From the human T2T-CHM13v2.0 reference genome, Homo sapiens, in NCBI RefSeq assembly GCF_009914755.1, contig NC_060926.1: 64,000 bases of DNA. One strand, 5' to 3'. The position numbers were made by a program, and so were the translations under genes. This document shows positions 14,308-31,106 of the stretch, piece after piece. Under the pieces are notes generated by a model, which saw only the letters and a list, made by a program, of their open reading frames with translations, was not told the origin of the DNA and searched no databases. The stretch's first letter is position 1. Every line of letters starts with the position of its first letter.

Positions 14308-15199
14308 CGCAAATTCATTTAATGTGTAAGAAGAAGCAACAAGAGCAGAGGCCTAATTCTCCCCCAGGCCACTTTGTATTGATCTCATTTCCTCTCAGGA
14401 TGTTTAGTTAAACTAGACATCATGGTCATACTTGATAGGAGAGGGGTCTGTCATAGTAATATTAGGGCCCGCCTTCTAGATACAGGGAAGGGCAGTGGTC
14501 AGATGTTCTCTACGAATAAGAACTCTCTTGGTCATTAATTATTTGGCAGATAAAGAGCTTTGTTAGAATCAGAAAGTGTCTCCTATGGTCTGATTGTTTT
14601 TCCTACCCAGAAGAATTGATGTTAAGTTATCCCACCCTTACATTTGCAGGTACTTCAGAGTGCCCCTCTAACAGATGAGGACTTATTTATTTAAAAATGT
14701 AATCCCAATGCCAGGATCACACCTAAAAACAATTCCTTCCTACAATCTAGTCAGAGCCCAGATTTCCCCAATTGTCTCACAAATATTATTTTACTATTAG
14801 GCTTTTTTGAATCAAGAAGACCCAGAGAAAAACCACAACCTAAATTTGATTGACATATTCCTTCTTATTTCTTCCTTGTCATTTTTTTATTGTTGTTGAA
14901 GAAATTGGGCCAATTATCTCATTTGTTAGATATAGCTGGACAATGGCAGGTATGAAATGGGTACTTTTATGGCTTTGAATGAGTTTCTGAATATGCTGCT
15001 TAATTAATGATGTTTTTTTCTTATCTCTGATTGCCAAGCCCCTCAAACCCTGCTGCTTCCCTCTGGCTCTGTCTCCTACCTGGTGTTTGAGCATCATGCT
15101 GGGTCCTGCTGTTCCTGCTGCTTTCTCTTTCTCACTCATCACCTATGTCGTCTCCTAGGTCTCAACTCCAGGTGTGTGTCCTGTCCACACAGTAGCTCT

Positions 15200-15455
15200 C
15201 TCCAGCTCCCTTGACTAGGTAAAGCCCCCTAGTATATACATCCTCATTGTTTCATGTGCCTTCACTTTGTATCATTCATCAGGGTCATTGCCTTACTTTT
15301 ATTTGTGTGAGTCATTGTTTGATGTCTATTTTTCCTTCTACTCTACTCATATCTCATTGTATTTCGACAGTGTCTTCTTTTCGTCATTGTGTTCCCAGTA
15401 CTTAGCACCATGCTTGCCATATGGTAAATGCTCAAGGAATATTTGTGGAATGAAG
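15200..15455 (+). mobile_element. L2 3' end fragment
   Basis: ttcccagtacttagcaccatgcttgccatatggtaaatgctcaaggaatatttgtggaatgaa is the typical L2 terminus. Confidence 0.7.
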
Positions 15456-15801
15456 AGATACACTGTCTATGGACTTTAAAAAGTATCTACACAATCCTGC
15501 ATATATAAGGTATGGAAATAATTGTACATTCCACCCTCTGCCTCTGTGACTTCCTCCACAATTAGATGTCTGCATTTATATAACTCTCACAATGGCCTTG
15601 GATAATGTGTCTGTGTTGAACCATAATTACTGCTGTTTTGTAATTTTCAATCTATCTAAGTGTGTTCAGTGCTCACCATCTGTCCTTCTCCATGCTAATT
15701 GTAGTTATCTCTTAGTTGCTGGCTTTAGTCCCTAAGATGGTTCTTCAAGGAGGGCTCATGAGTGCAGTGGTCCATGACACATTTAAAAATACCTGAATGT
15801 G

Positions 15802-16945
<1,144 letters not shown>

Positions 16946-17691
16946 TAATTTTTGTGCTTTTAGTAGAGATGGGGTTTCACCATATTGGCCAGGCTGATCT
17001 AGAGCTCCTGACCTCATGATCTGCCTGTCTTGTGTCTGCAGTTGGTTCCTGCTGGTGGGTTCAGGATCTCGCTGACTTCAATAATGAAGCTGCAGACCTT
17101 CGCTGTGAGTGTTATGGCTCTTAAAGATGGCACGGACCCAAAGAGTGAGCGGTAGCAAGGTTTATTGTGAAGAGCGAAAGGACAAAGCTTCCAGGGTGTG
17201 GAAGGGGACCCAAGTAGGGTGCCTCTGCTGGCTGGGGTGGCCAGCTTTTATTCCCTTATTTGTCCCCTCCCATATTCTGCCATATTCTGTTTTTGTCCTA
17301 TCAGAGTGCCTTTTTTTCGGTCCTCCCTGTGATTGGCTACTTTTAGGATCCTGCTGATTGGTGCATTTTACAGAGTGCTGATTGGTGCATTTTACAGAGT
17401 GCTGACTGGTGCATTTTACAATCCTATTGCTAGCTGCAGAGTGCTGATTGGTGCATTTTACAATCCTCTTGCTAGCTACAGAGTGCTGATTGATACATTT
17501 TTACAGAGTGCTGATTGGTGCGTTTTACAATCCTAGCTACAGAGTGCTGATTGCTGCATTTTACAATCCTTTTGTAAGACAGAAAATTTCTCCAGGTCCC
17601 CACTTGACCCAAGAAGTCCAGCTGGCTTCACCTCTCAGTTTCAGCCTCCCAAAGTGCTGGGATTACAGGCATGAGCCGCCATGCCCAGCCC
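16946..17691 (-). mobile_element. Alu left arm (16946-17030 plus 17638-17691) split by LTR12
   Basis: Alu sequence ..gatctgcctgtct | LTR | gtttcagcctcccaaagtgctggg continues across the LTR. Confidence 0.88.
17031..17637 (-). mobile_element. LTR12-family (ERV9; LTR12F-like) solo LTR
   Basis: Reverse strand starts TGAGAGGTGAAGCCAGCTGGACTT; tandem CCAAT-bearing GCACCAATCAGCACTCTGT units; GAATAAAAG box; 4-bp TSD gtct/gttt. Confidence 0.92.
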
Positions 17692-17789
17692 CTTCCCCTG
17701 TCTTTACACTTGAATGATAGCTTGGTTGGGAAGAAAATGTTGAGTTATGTGTGTCAAACAATTAGGAAGAATATCAAGATTTCGCAGGG

Positions 17790-17816
17790 GTGTGTGTGTG
17801 TGTGTGTGTGTGTGTG
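17790..17816. repeat. (TG)n microsatellite
   Basis: Read directly from the sequence. Confidence 0.95.
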
Positions 17817-18482
17817 AGACAGAGAAACACAGTCTATTTCAATGACCTTCTAGTAGGCTTTATAATTCAGAATATTTCTAGTCTCAGTGCTTCATATGGA
17901 GAAAAAACTGGAGTCTTTCATTGCAGTCTCTGTAATGAATTAAATCAACTGTTGAATTAAAATATAAAACCTTGCTGTTTATCTCGTTCTGTAACCATCA
18001 TTTTTGTTGTTGATATTTATGTTAGAGTAGGCTGATAGCTAGACATGAGCAGTAGTGGGAGGAAGCCTCACACCTGAGGGACCACCCAAAATGTGCATGC
18101 TAATAACATCGCTAATGCTGGAGTGGGCCAGCAATTAGTCAGATGTGGGGGGGAAAGGAGGGGAGATACCTACGCAGAAAGGAATGCCCCCAAACACCCT
18201 GTAATCATTCACTCTGCAGTTAGCCTGTCGGAATGTATCTAGCTGCATACTGATAAGAAGGGAAAAAGGACAAAGGGAAAATATCTAAGACACAGCCCAG
18301 TGCAATAAGTACAGGTTTGACCTCCATAGACCTTCCTGGGGTGGTGGTCACGAGCAAGGCCGCTGTTAGGAAGGATTCATAGCCAACACCAGCTCGCACA
18401 TGAGCATCAACTGATGGTAAGGGGGCGTCCACAGACCAGGGCAGGGAACTAGGCTGGGAGAAAAGGCTGAGACCTAAGACAT

Positions 18483-19107
<625 letters not shown>

Positions 19108-19369
19108 AGGAACTTAAGTTTTAAACTGTCCCTCTTAATAAAAACCACAACGCAGGGCTCTTGGGACTGTTTCCAGCCCTGTCAGCCTGCTTCTCTCTTG
19201 CAGTGTTCTTTTATTTCCTTAATAAGCCCTTTGCTTACTTGACTAACTGGTCTCTTGGCCAAATTCTTTCTTCTGAGAAGGTTAAGAACTGAGGACCCCA
19301 CACTTCCTGATAGCATATAGCTTAAATCAAGATAATTATTGTAAGAGGAGGATTGAAGCATTATGTTGT

Positions 19370-19830
19370 TATTTATCCCAGAAATTCCAATCCTAGTTTT
19401 GTACCCTAGAGAAATGTTCACACATGTGCTGAAAGAACTGTATCAAAGAAGGTTTATTTCAACATTGTTTATAAGAGCTTAAAATGTGGAAACAAGCTAA
19501 ATGTCTCAGCAAGATGATTAATTGCTGTTTATTCATATAATGTAATATTACAAATCAGTGGAAATAATGAGCCAAAGCCGGACATTAAAAATATAGATAA
19601 ATTTCAATTATATGTTGAATTTAAAAGAGAAAATTGCAAAGGAATACTATACATTGTATATGAATATGGAGAAATGTACCAAGGACAGACAATGCCAAAT
19701 GCCAAAAGCCAACGAGCTGGGAGTGGGAGCCTTGGGGAGGGGCAGGAGGAGGAGGGAATGCATTTGGACGGAGGCAGGTAAGTGGGGCCTTCCACGTATT
19801 TGTATCATTTTATACCTCTTCTAGGGTTAA
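19370..19830 (+). mobile_element. Old L1 (L1ME/MC) 3' fragment
   Basis: atcccagaaattccaatcctag..accctagagaaatg..cattgtttataagagc..tggaaacaagctaaatgtc. Confidence 0.7.
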
Positions 19831-20054
19831 AATATTTAATAGCACTAAAGAAAGCTATGTTGTTGAGTAAAAGTTAACCTCTGGTAATTAAAGCCTACCT
19901 CATTGTTTTTTTACTAAATACGGAGTGGCTCAACAGTTCATAAAACCTCCCCACCCATGTTATTTTCTTATCTCCTTCCTACTTTTCTCTGATTCCTTTC
20001 AGAACTCTTCCTTCCTTTCCTCCCGCTGATGATGCATCTGAAAAACTAGATGTA

Positions 20055-20240
20055 TGTCCTATCTATCTATTGATTGATCTATCTATTCTCTGTATATCCA
20101 TCAATTCATACATCTATGTCTATCTTTCTAATTTATGTGGCTGTTCATCCATCCATCCCACTCATCCGTCCGTCCATCCATCCATCCATCCATCCACCCA
20201 TCCACCCATCTCTCTATCTCTCTCTATCTAACTATTCATC
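20055..20240. repeat. Degenerate (TCTA)n/(TCCA)n tetranucleotide tract
   Basis: Read directly from the sequence. Confidence 0.85.
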
Positions 20241-21425
20241 CACTCAGCAATCTATCTGGCATGCATCTGTCTAGATGTATATCTCTAGGGAGAACTGCTG
20301 GTTTACTCTACTGATGCCAGGTTTGACTTAAATCCCTCTATCTGACAGAACCAGTTCTCAAATGCTTTGAACTTGAGAAAAGCTTCCTCAAAAAAGAGGA
20401 GGAGGAGAAGTATAATCCCAATAGCTTTCCAAAAGACCAGCACTAGTTACACTGAATTTGTCAGCTCTGCTGAGCCTTTGAGTTCTGTTCTGAGCAGGAG
20501 AAGCTGTCAGAGGTCCCTGTGATTTCCTTTCGGTTGCCGGAGGCAAGCCACTGACGGTTGTCTTTTATGCTGTTATTTATCGCTTGCTGATCTTTCTTGG
20601 AAGACTGTCACTTCAGTGTTTTCATTTCAGGCCTCATTCATAGCTTCCACGCTGTGACTGCTGAGAAGCTGTTCATGCCGCAGTCATCTCTCACCTTACG
20701 TTCGAAGTGAGATTGAAGTTGGGTCTGAAGGAAAAATAGGAGAAAATGTGTCCTACACAATATGTAATTTTTTGGGGTTTATTTGCCCAGAGTTCCCTAG
20801 AGAGTAGCAGCTAAATGATTTCCCTTGCTGTCTCTTTGAGGCATTATTAAAGGTGATTATCTGCGGGGAATGGATTGCTACTCTATTACTATTTTCAGAA
20901 GAGTGAACAAAATGTTTAGTTTTCCCCTGCATTTGAACATATGATATATCGGGGTGCTGCGGTGACTCAGCTGGCTGGGACACACTGCACGGACGGCACA
21001 CATCGATCGGCACAGGATGGGGAGATGAAACAAGCAGGCTAGGATACCACTTTTGCTTGACCCAAAGCAAGAAATGTCAAGTAGCGGGCTTTATCCTGGA
21101 ACCTTTCAAAATGTTTTTGCCTGGTGCAGTTGAATACATGTATTAGAAATCTATACAGAGATGTCATCTGTAGAGTCTTAGAAAATAATACCCCCAAAAT
21201 TAGGACTTCAGAAGCAGCTCTCTCTGGCCTTTTCCTGCCCTCGTGTCTCTCACCCTTCATTGTCCCCTAGATCAAACCATGGAAACTAGAACCCCTCTCT
21301 CTTGCTCAAGGCGGATCTCCAACGCCAGACATAAAACCTAAAAATATTACTCAATTTCCCCTCTGCAAATGTGTAAAAACTGCCATGAAGAAATGATCTG
21401 ACTTATCTTGTTTGATTGTAGGTCA

Positions 21426-22560
<1,135 letters not shown>

Positions 22561-23219
22561 CTTCTGCTTGTTACTTCATCTCACAGAAGGAATCCTGCTC
22601 AGAGGCCAAGAAGAATCTAGACAGACAGGCCTCGCTGGGTTCCCCTCTCAACCTACTAGCATTAGACCCTGCCCCTTCTATCCAATCCTGGGGTAGGGGC
22701 TAATGCTAATAGGTTATGAATTTAAGCATAAACATGGGCATTTTCCCCTGTATCTTTGGGTCTTCATTCTGAAGGCTCCTGTGTCACATAAAACTGTGGT
22801 CACATAAATTTGTGTGCGTTTGCTCCTATTAATCTGCCTCTTGGCAGTGATTTTCAGCAAACCTTCAGAGGCCAAAGGGGAAAATTTCCCTCCGTCTCTA
22901 CAAATCTATATCGAGACTAAGGGATCTGGGACTGGTCTGAGATTTCTCTAAGCCAAGGACCCTGCCTGCCCTCCAGTCCCACCAATACCACCATCTCTTC
23001 AACTAGGATCCACTAAGAGCCTCAGATCTGCATTCTAGGTGGTATTGAGCTGCAGATTACAGGAAACTCAGGTTTATAGGGCAGCAGCCTCTTTCTTATC
23101 TTCACAAGGGCAGGAAAGGGTCTGAACTTCTTTTGTGTGTCTTTTAAAACCAAGACAATATGTGTTCAGCTAATATTGATTAAAGGATCAGCCCTGCATC
23201 TTTCAGTCTCTAAATCGTA

Positions 23220-24300
23220 ACACTGTATCATGAAGCCACAATGATTAAAACAGTGACCTGCTTGTAAAGAACAGACAAATTACTGGAATAGTGTAGAGTC
23301 TTGAAGTAGCCCCAAATAGTTAAGAAAATTTAATACACGATACTTTGAAAGCAGTGGGGGAGGAGATGGGTTATTTAATAAATGGTTGAGACAACTGAAG
23401 AAAAAGATTATAACTCTCCTGATACCAAATCCATTCCAAATGACTTAAAAATTTAAATGTAAAAACTGTCAGCATGGGAGAATTTTAAAAGAATATTAAG
23501 AAAATAGTAAGAGCTGGGAAGATCCTTTCGAACAATACTCAAAACCAAGATACCATGAAAAGTAAACATTAATACACGTGACTACATTTTAAAAATTTCT
23601 ACAAAGCAAAAAATGCAAAAAGTGAAAGTTAAAAAAAAGTTAGAATTCAAACCACAAACTGGGCAAATAAATACTTGCAATGAATATAACAAGCACTTAA
23701 TCATTTAATATAAAATCATTAGCCCACCAATAAGAAACAGACCTTAGAAAATGTGCAAAGGATATGAATAAGCAAGGTATTAAGAAAGAAATCTAAGTGA
23801 CTCAACCACCTGAAAGGATGCTTGTTCTCACTGAAAATTAAAGAAATATAAATTAAAATAATGAGATGTCACTTTGTACCTATCAGATAAATCAGATGAT
23901 CCATCAAAATCAGAAAATTCAGTAATACACAGGGAGTGGGGAAATGGCATTTCCAACATTCCTATACATTGCTGGTGGGAGCGTAAGCTTATCTTTAGAG
24001 GGCAATTAGACAATATTCTTCCAAAATGCATATACTTTTAAATTTGGTAGTTCAACTTTTAGAAATTGATTCTACTGATGTTCGTACAGGTGCACAATGA
24101 AATGTAAATATTTATTGCGCCACTTTTTATAGGAGCCTAACTCTAGACAAAACCTAAGTGTTTACCAAACAAGAGGACTTGTTAAACAAATTATAAAATA
24201 GTATTATCTGATAATGAAATTATTAACATTGCTGTTATAAATCAAGTAGATCTATGTATGCAACGATGAAATAATCTTCTAGATATACTGTTTAGTTAAA
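23220..24300 (+). mobile_element. Old L1ME ORF2/3' fragments
   Basis: aataaatggttgagacaactg, aaattaaaataatgagat, cattgctggtgggagcgtaa motifs. Confidence 0.7.
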
Positions 24301-24312
24301 AAATGCACAGGG

Positions 24313-24912
<600 letters not shown>

Positions 24913-25077
24913 TGCACAAGATAGCACAGGATAGTGTATTCCTCTTTGTGGGATTTCAAGTAAATGAGCAAATGATGAAATACTCTAAAAATCAAACTGG
25001 GCAATTGGCTATCACAATACATGCAAAATATAATTTAGTTTCAGGAACAGGAAAGAACACAAGATATAATAATAATA

Positions 25078-25282
25078 TAGTTTGAGCATTTGTAATCCAA
25101 CAATCCAAAATGCTCCAAATCCAAAACTCTTTGAGCTCTGACCTGCTCAAAGGAAATGCTCATTGGAGCATTTTGCATTTCAGATTTTTGGATTAGGAAT
25201 GCTCAACTGGTTTGTATTCTACAAATATTCCCAAGTCTGAAAAAATCTGAAATCTGAAACATATCTGCTCCCAGGAATTTTG
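25078..25282 (+). mobile_element. Tigger4a (Zombi/MER46) MITE
   Basis: gtttgagcat..aaatgctccaa..ctcaaaggaaatgctcattggagcatt..ggataaggg..ctcaac; TA flanks. Confidence 0.8.
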
Positions 25283-26687
25283 GATAAGGGCTGCTCAACT
25301 TATAATAATAATAGCAATACCAATAATACCATATATAATATGAGAAAATGCAGAAAATAATTTTTTTTAATAAACTTTGATTGAGGAAAACTCTAAGCAA
25401 CTGCAAAACCCAGTAGTCATAAAATTAAATAAGCTGACAGATTCCACTACAGGAAGATTTTTAAACTTCTGAATATCAAAGGACAGCATAAACAAAAAGG
25501 GAATTAATGGAAGAAAATAGTTAATGTGTAGAAGAGATAGATGAATAAGTCTGCATGTGCAAAGAGCTACTAAAAAATCTACTAAAAACAAAAGGTAAAT
25601 AACCCAGTAGAACAGGAATTGTAAAACCAAGTGCCTGCAGAGGTGAGGCAGGTCACAGGAGAAGGTCAGTGGCCTGTTCCAAGAGGATAGGAACGTGGGG
25701 CCCATGGGTGCCCCTGCCCACTAGAAGAAGACACTTTCTTCTGCTTCAGCCATTTGTTGCCAGTGGGGGCCCAGTGTTGTCAGAGCCTCCGCATTTTCTA
25801 GAGAAGCTGAAAATAAAAATTTAAAAAATATTAACTATCTCAATATCTAAATGTTGGCAACTGGCTTAATTTGAAAAGAACTATGAAACGCTGTGTGGAA
25901 TGAGCAAAAATATACGCCTTCAAACCTTGTTATAGAAAAATGAACAATGGTTGTAAACAGGCCATTCACAAGACAAAAGTCATGACTGATATTTATTCAT
26001 TGGAAAAAGGCCACAAGATACACTTTTTACCCATCATATTGCCTGGAATGAAGAAAAATGAATAATAATATACAAGACTTTAAGTAAAAGGGTAATTGTA
26101 TGGTCAGTTGTTAGCAGCTTAAATGTTGATGTCCTCTTACTGAATGGCATTTTGACACTATCGAAAATTTTAAAGGCATGTCCTTTGGTTCAGTAATTCT
26201 ATTTTAAATATTTATTCTACAAAAATATTTTTACTTGTGCAAAAATATGCACTTAGTATTCTTTGTCACATTGCTTATAAATATGAAACACCAGAAAACT
26301 CATTCCCTATGAAAGGATAGTTAAGTAAATTATGGTTGAATCTGCACTGTATAATGCTCTGTGGCCACTGAAAAGGATGAATTAGCTCTTTATGGCATTC
26401 AAAGAGCTCCAAGGTATGGTGCATGAAAAAAGCAAGTTACAGAACAGTACATATGATATGATCTCACTTATATGGAAAATTATTTGTATGTGTACATCTA
26501 TGTTTATAAATGTACACAGAACAGCTTGAAACTCTGTATTCCAACTGTGAGCAGTGTCAGCTCTGGGGAAAAAGTGTGATTGATGGTGGTGGTAGTGTTG
26601 TATGGGGGGACTTTACCTTTTTATTTGGATCAGGGTCAGCAAACTATATCTGTAAAGAACCAGATTGCAAATATTTGATGTTTTGTG

Positions 26688-28163
26688 GTGCATTAGTTGG
26701 GGTTCTCGAGAGAACCAGAGGAGATTTATTATGGGAATTGGCTCATGCGATTTCAGAGGATAAGAAGTCCCACAATCTGCTGTCTGCAAACTGGAGACCC
26801 AGGAAAGCCAGTGGTGTAATTTAGTCTGAATCTGAAGGTCTGAGAACTAGGAGCTCTATGTCCCGGGGAAGCAGAAGGTGGATGTCCCAGCTCAAGAAGA
26901 GACAGAGAGAATTTGCCCTTCGTTCACCCTTTTGTGGTATCTGGGCCTTCAGCAGATTGGATGAGGCCCACCCACTTTGGTGTGAGCAGATCTTCTTTAC
27001 TCAGTCTACTAATTTAAATGCCAATCTCTTCTGGAAACACCCTCCCAGACACACCCAGAAGCAATATTTTACCAGCTATCTGGGTAAACCTATTGGGAGA
27101 ACCTGCCCCCAATATTTCAACATAGGTTCTTTCTATTTTCCATAAGTGTCAGCTGGCTGAGAAATAAAGGGAGACAGTACAAAGAGAGGAATTTTAAAGC
27201 TGGGCCACCAGGGGTGACATCACATATTGGTAGGACCGTGATGCCCGCCTGAGTCTGAGACCAGCAAGTTTTTATTAAGGGTTTCAAAAGGGGAGGGGGT
27301 GTAAGAACAGGGAGTAGGCTCAAAGATCACATGCTTCAAAGGGCAAAAAGCAGAACTGCTAATAAGTGTCTAACAAGGATCACATGCTTCTGAGGGAACA
27401 GGACAAAGGGAAAAAGCAGAACCACCGATAAGAGTCTATGCTCAGCGTTGCACATATTGTCTTGATAAACATCTTAAACAACAGAAAACAGGGTTCAAGA
27501 GCAGAGAACCAGTCTGACCACAAATTTACCAGGGCAGAGTTTTTCCCCACCCTAGTAAGCCTGAGGGTACTGCAGGAGATCAGGGTGTATCTCAGTCCTT
27601 ATGTCAACCGCATAAGACAGATATTCCCAGAGTGGCTGTTTATAGATCTCCCCACAGGAATGCATTCCTTTCCCAGGGTATTAATATTCCTTGCTATGAA
27701 AAGAATTTAGTGATATCTTTCCTACTTGCACGTTCATTTATAGGCTCTCTGCAAGAATAAAAACGTGGCTCTTTTTGCCCAACCCCGCAGGCAGTTAGAC
27801 CTTATGGTTGTCTTCCCTTCTTCCCTAAAAATCGCTGTTAGTCTGTTCTTTTTCAAGGTGCACTGATTTCATATTGTTCAAACACACGTTTTACAATCAA
27901 TTTGTACAGTTAACACAATTATCACAGTGGGCCTGAGGTGACATATATCCTCAGCTTACAAAGATAACAGGATTAAGATATTAAAGTAAAGACAGGCATA
28001 AGAAATTATAAAAGTATTATTTGGGAACTGATAAATATTCATGAAATCTTCACAATTTACGTTCCTCTGCCGCGGCTCCAGCCGGTCGCTCTGTTCAGGG
28101 TCCCTGACTTCCCGCAACATATAGCTTACCTCAGTCAAGTAGCCATGCAAAATTAACCATCAC
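26688..28163 (-). mobile_element. MLT2 (ERVL) solo LTR split by MER11
   Basis: gagatttattatgggaattggctcatg..ctgtctgcaaactggagacccaggaaagcc..ttggatgaggcccaccc; resumes cagtcaagt..aaaattaaccatca. Confidence 0.85.
27091..28119 (-). mobile_element. MER11 solo LTR (HERV-K11/HML-8)
   Basis: Reverse strand starts TGTTGCGGGAAGTCAGGGACCC..CCGGCTGGAGCCGCGGCAGAGGAAC and ends ..TTGAAATATTGGGGGCAGGTTCTCCCAATA. Confidence 0.92.
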
Positions 28164-28890
28164 TGTGAGTTAGTTAATACAAGTAAAGGGCTCACAGCAG
28201 TGCCTGGCACAGAGTAGACACAGATGAGAGTTTGCTGCTGCTATTATTTAATGCTATTCCATGGTAATGGCACTTATCACTGTTTTCAATGAGTATGTAG
28301 CTCTCCTTGGCTGTAGTCTGTTTTAGGCAAACTTAAGAGAGCTTACTTTATTATATGGAGTTTCCTAAGTAACTTCTTTTGTCCTATGAAATGAATGAAG
28401 GAAGGAGTATGGATCCCCTTAGGAGGTGCACAAGGATTCTGCCTCAGGAGAAAACACACATCTTCACCTAAAAAATTCCCTGCCTCTAAAAGTTATTTCT
28501 GGGACTCAAGGCTTCTTTTTTAGTTCTCTATCACCAGCACTGAGTGAGGAAACTGACACATCTGAGTGTGAATCAATATTTTTGAATTGATTTAAATGTG
28601 AAAAACACTTCTGCTATAAAAATATGTGGAAAGGCATGATGTACAATGATCTATACACAGTTGATGGTAAAAAGTTTTAGGGTAAAAAAGATAAATATCC
28701 ATAGAGTGGTGACTAAAAATAACACCCCAATTGTTAGCCACAGTCGTGTGAGTCGTGGGACTCAGAGAGGCTTTTTCGTGTCTTTCCTGTACAGTTAATT
28801 TTTCTGTAGTGAAGATGTATAACCTTGACGATGAAAGTATAGCAAGAAGCACAGTTTTTCTAAGATTTGACCCCAGGGGGATCTCCTAGG

Positions 28891-29770
28891 GCAGGGGTCG
28901 CCAACCCCCGGTAGCAGTCTGTGGTCTGTTAGGAACTGGGCTGCACAGCAGGAGATGAGCAGCAGGAGAGCAAACAAAGCTTCATCTGTATTGACAGACG
29001 ATCCTCATTGCTTGCCACCTGAGCTTCACTTCCTGTCACATCAATGGCAGCATTAGATTCTCATAGGCACATGAACCCTGTTGTGAACTGCACATGTGAG
29101 GGGCCTAGGTTGCATGCTACTGCTGAGAAAATAATGCCTGATGATCTGCCACAGTCTCCTATCACCTCCAGATGGGACTGTCCAGTTGCGGGAAAACAAG
29201 CTCAGGGCTCCCACTGATTCTGAAACCAACCCAATAGTTCCATAGACTGTTCTTTTGGATAAATAGAGAAATTAACCTTCCTGATCTTAAAGCTTGAAGC
29301 TTATGTTTGTTTTGTTTGGGTTCCCTCCTCAGGAACTGACCTTCAGGCCTCTCAAAAAAAGTATCAAAGAACTGAAACTCACCAGATCACCACATCCAGA
29401 CAATGAGACCTGGACGCCTCATTCCTTATGATCGCTTACTTACCCCTCCCTAGTTCCTGTTTTCTTACATATTGTTACATTTCTTCCCTGTTAAAAAAGC
29501 CCCTAGTTTTGGTCAGAGAGATTGATTTCAGACTGAGCTCCCATCTCCTTGGCTGCAGCACACAATTAAAGCCTTCTTCCTTGGCAATACTCATCATTCT
29601 CAGTGATTGGCTTTCTGTGCCGTAAGCAACAGGACCTAAACTGAACCCTTGGTGTTTTGGTAACAATTCCACATTATGGTGAGGCATATAATTATTTTGT
29701 TATATATTACAATGAAATAATAGAAATAAAGTACACAATAAGTGCAATGCACTTGAACCATCCAGAAACC
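28891..29770 (+). mobile_element. MER1A (hAT-Charlie) split by an LTR
   Basis: caggggtcgccaacccc..gttaggaactgggc..gcattagattctcatagg..ggaaaacaagctcagggctcccactgattc | LTR | cattatggtgag..gcacttgaa. Confidence 0.85.
29221..29665 (+). mobile_element. ERV1 solo LTR (LTR26-like)
   Basis: TGAAACC..CCAATAGT..; ends ..GGTAACA; 4-bp TSD ATTC. Confidence 0.75.
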
Positions 29771-29924
29771 TCATCAGAACTATTCCCTCTTTCAAAGACC
29801 TTTGATTCTACACATTGTTTCATTTGGCAACATTTATTTATGATGATCTGCCTTTCACTGAATGATTTCTGTTGCTTTTCTCATTTCTTAAGCTCCTTGC
29901 CCAAAGACAGTGCTCAAATGCTAC

Positions 29925-30646
29925 TGTGTCCGGAATTGGTTCCTTCCAGTGGGTTCTTTGTCTCCCTGACTTCAAGAATGAAGCCACCGACCCTTGCAGT
30001 GAGTGTTACAGTTCTTAAAGATAGTGTGTCCAGAGTTTGTTCCTTCACATATGCCTGGAGTTTCTCCCTTCTGATGGGTTCGTGGTCTCACTTGACTTAA
30101 GGAGTGAAGCTGCAGACCTTTGCAGTTAGTGTTACAGCTCTTAAAGGTGGCGTGTCTGGAGTTGGTTGTTCCTCCTGGTGGGTTCGTGGTCTCGGTGACT
30201 TGAGGAGCGAAGCCACAGACCTTTGCAGCGAGTGTTACAGCTCATAAAAGCAGAGTGGACCCAAAGCATGAGCAGCAGCAAGATTTACTGTGAAGAGCAA
30301 AAGAACAAAGAGTCCACAGCATGGAAGGGGACCTGAGCAGGGTGCCAGAGCTGGCTCGGGTTGCCAGCTTTTATTCCCTTATGTGGCCCCACCCACATCC
30401 TGCTGATTGGTCCATTTTACAAAGTGCTGATTGGTCCATTTTACAGAGTGCTGATTGGTGCGTTTACAAACCTTTAGCTAGACACAGAGCGCTGATTGGT
30501 GCATTTTTACAGAGTGCTGATTGATGCGTTTACAAAGCTTTAGCTAAACACAGAGCACTGATTGGTGCATTTACAATCCTTTAGCTAGACAGAAAAGTTC
30601 CCCAAGTCACCACCCTACCCAGAAGCCCAGCTGGCTTCACTTCTCA
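29925..30646 (-). mobile_element. LTR12-family (ERV9) solo LTR
   Basis: Reverse start TGAGAAGTGAAGCCAGCTGGG; CCAAT repeat array; three gtgttacag(c/t)tc U5 repeats; perfect 4-bp TSD CTAC. Confidence 0.93.
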
Positions 30647-30763
30647 CTACTGTCCTGTGGGTCAAGTTAACTCTAAGTTTGTTGTATGGAAGGGATTCCT
30701 GCATGGGCTGGGCTGTTGGATGAGATGGGTTCTGAGGTTGCTCCCAACACTAAAGCTCCTTAT

Positions 30764-31106
<343 letters not shown>

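Noticed and set aside
17330-17570. Regular short repeats (gctgattggtgcattttaca) resembling a CRISPR-like array, also at 30400-30575
   Set aside because: Intrinsic LTR12 U3 CCAAT repeats; no unique spacers, and the context is eukaryotic
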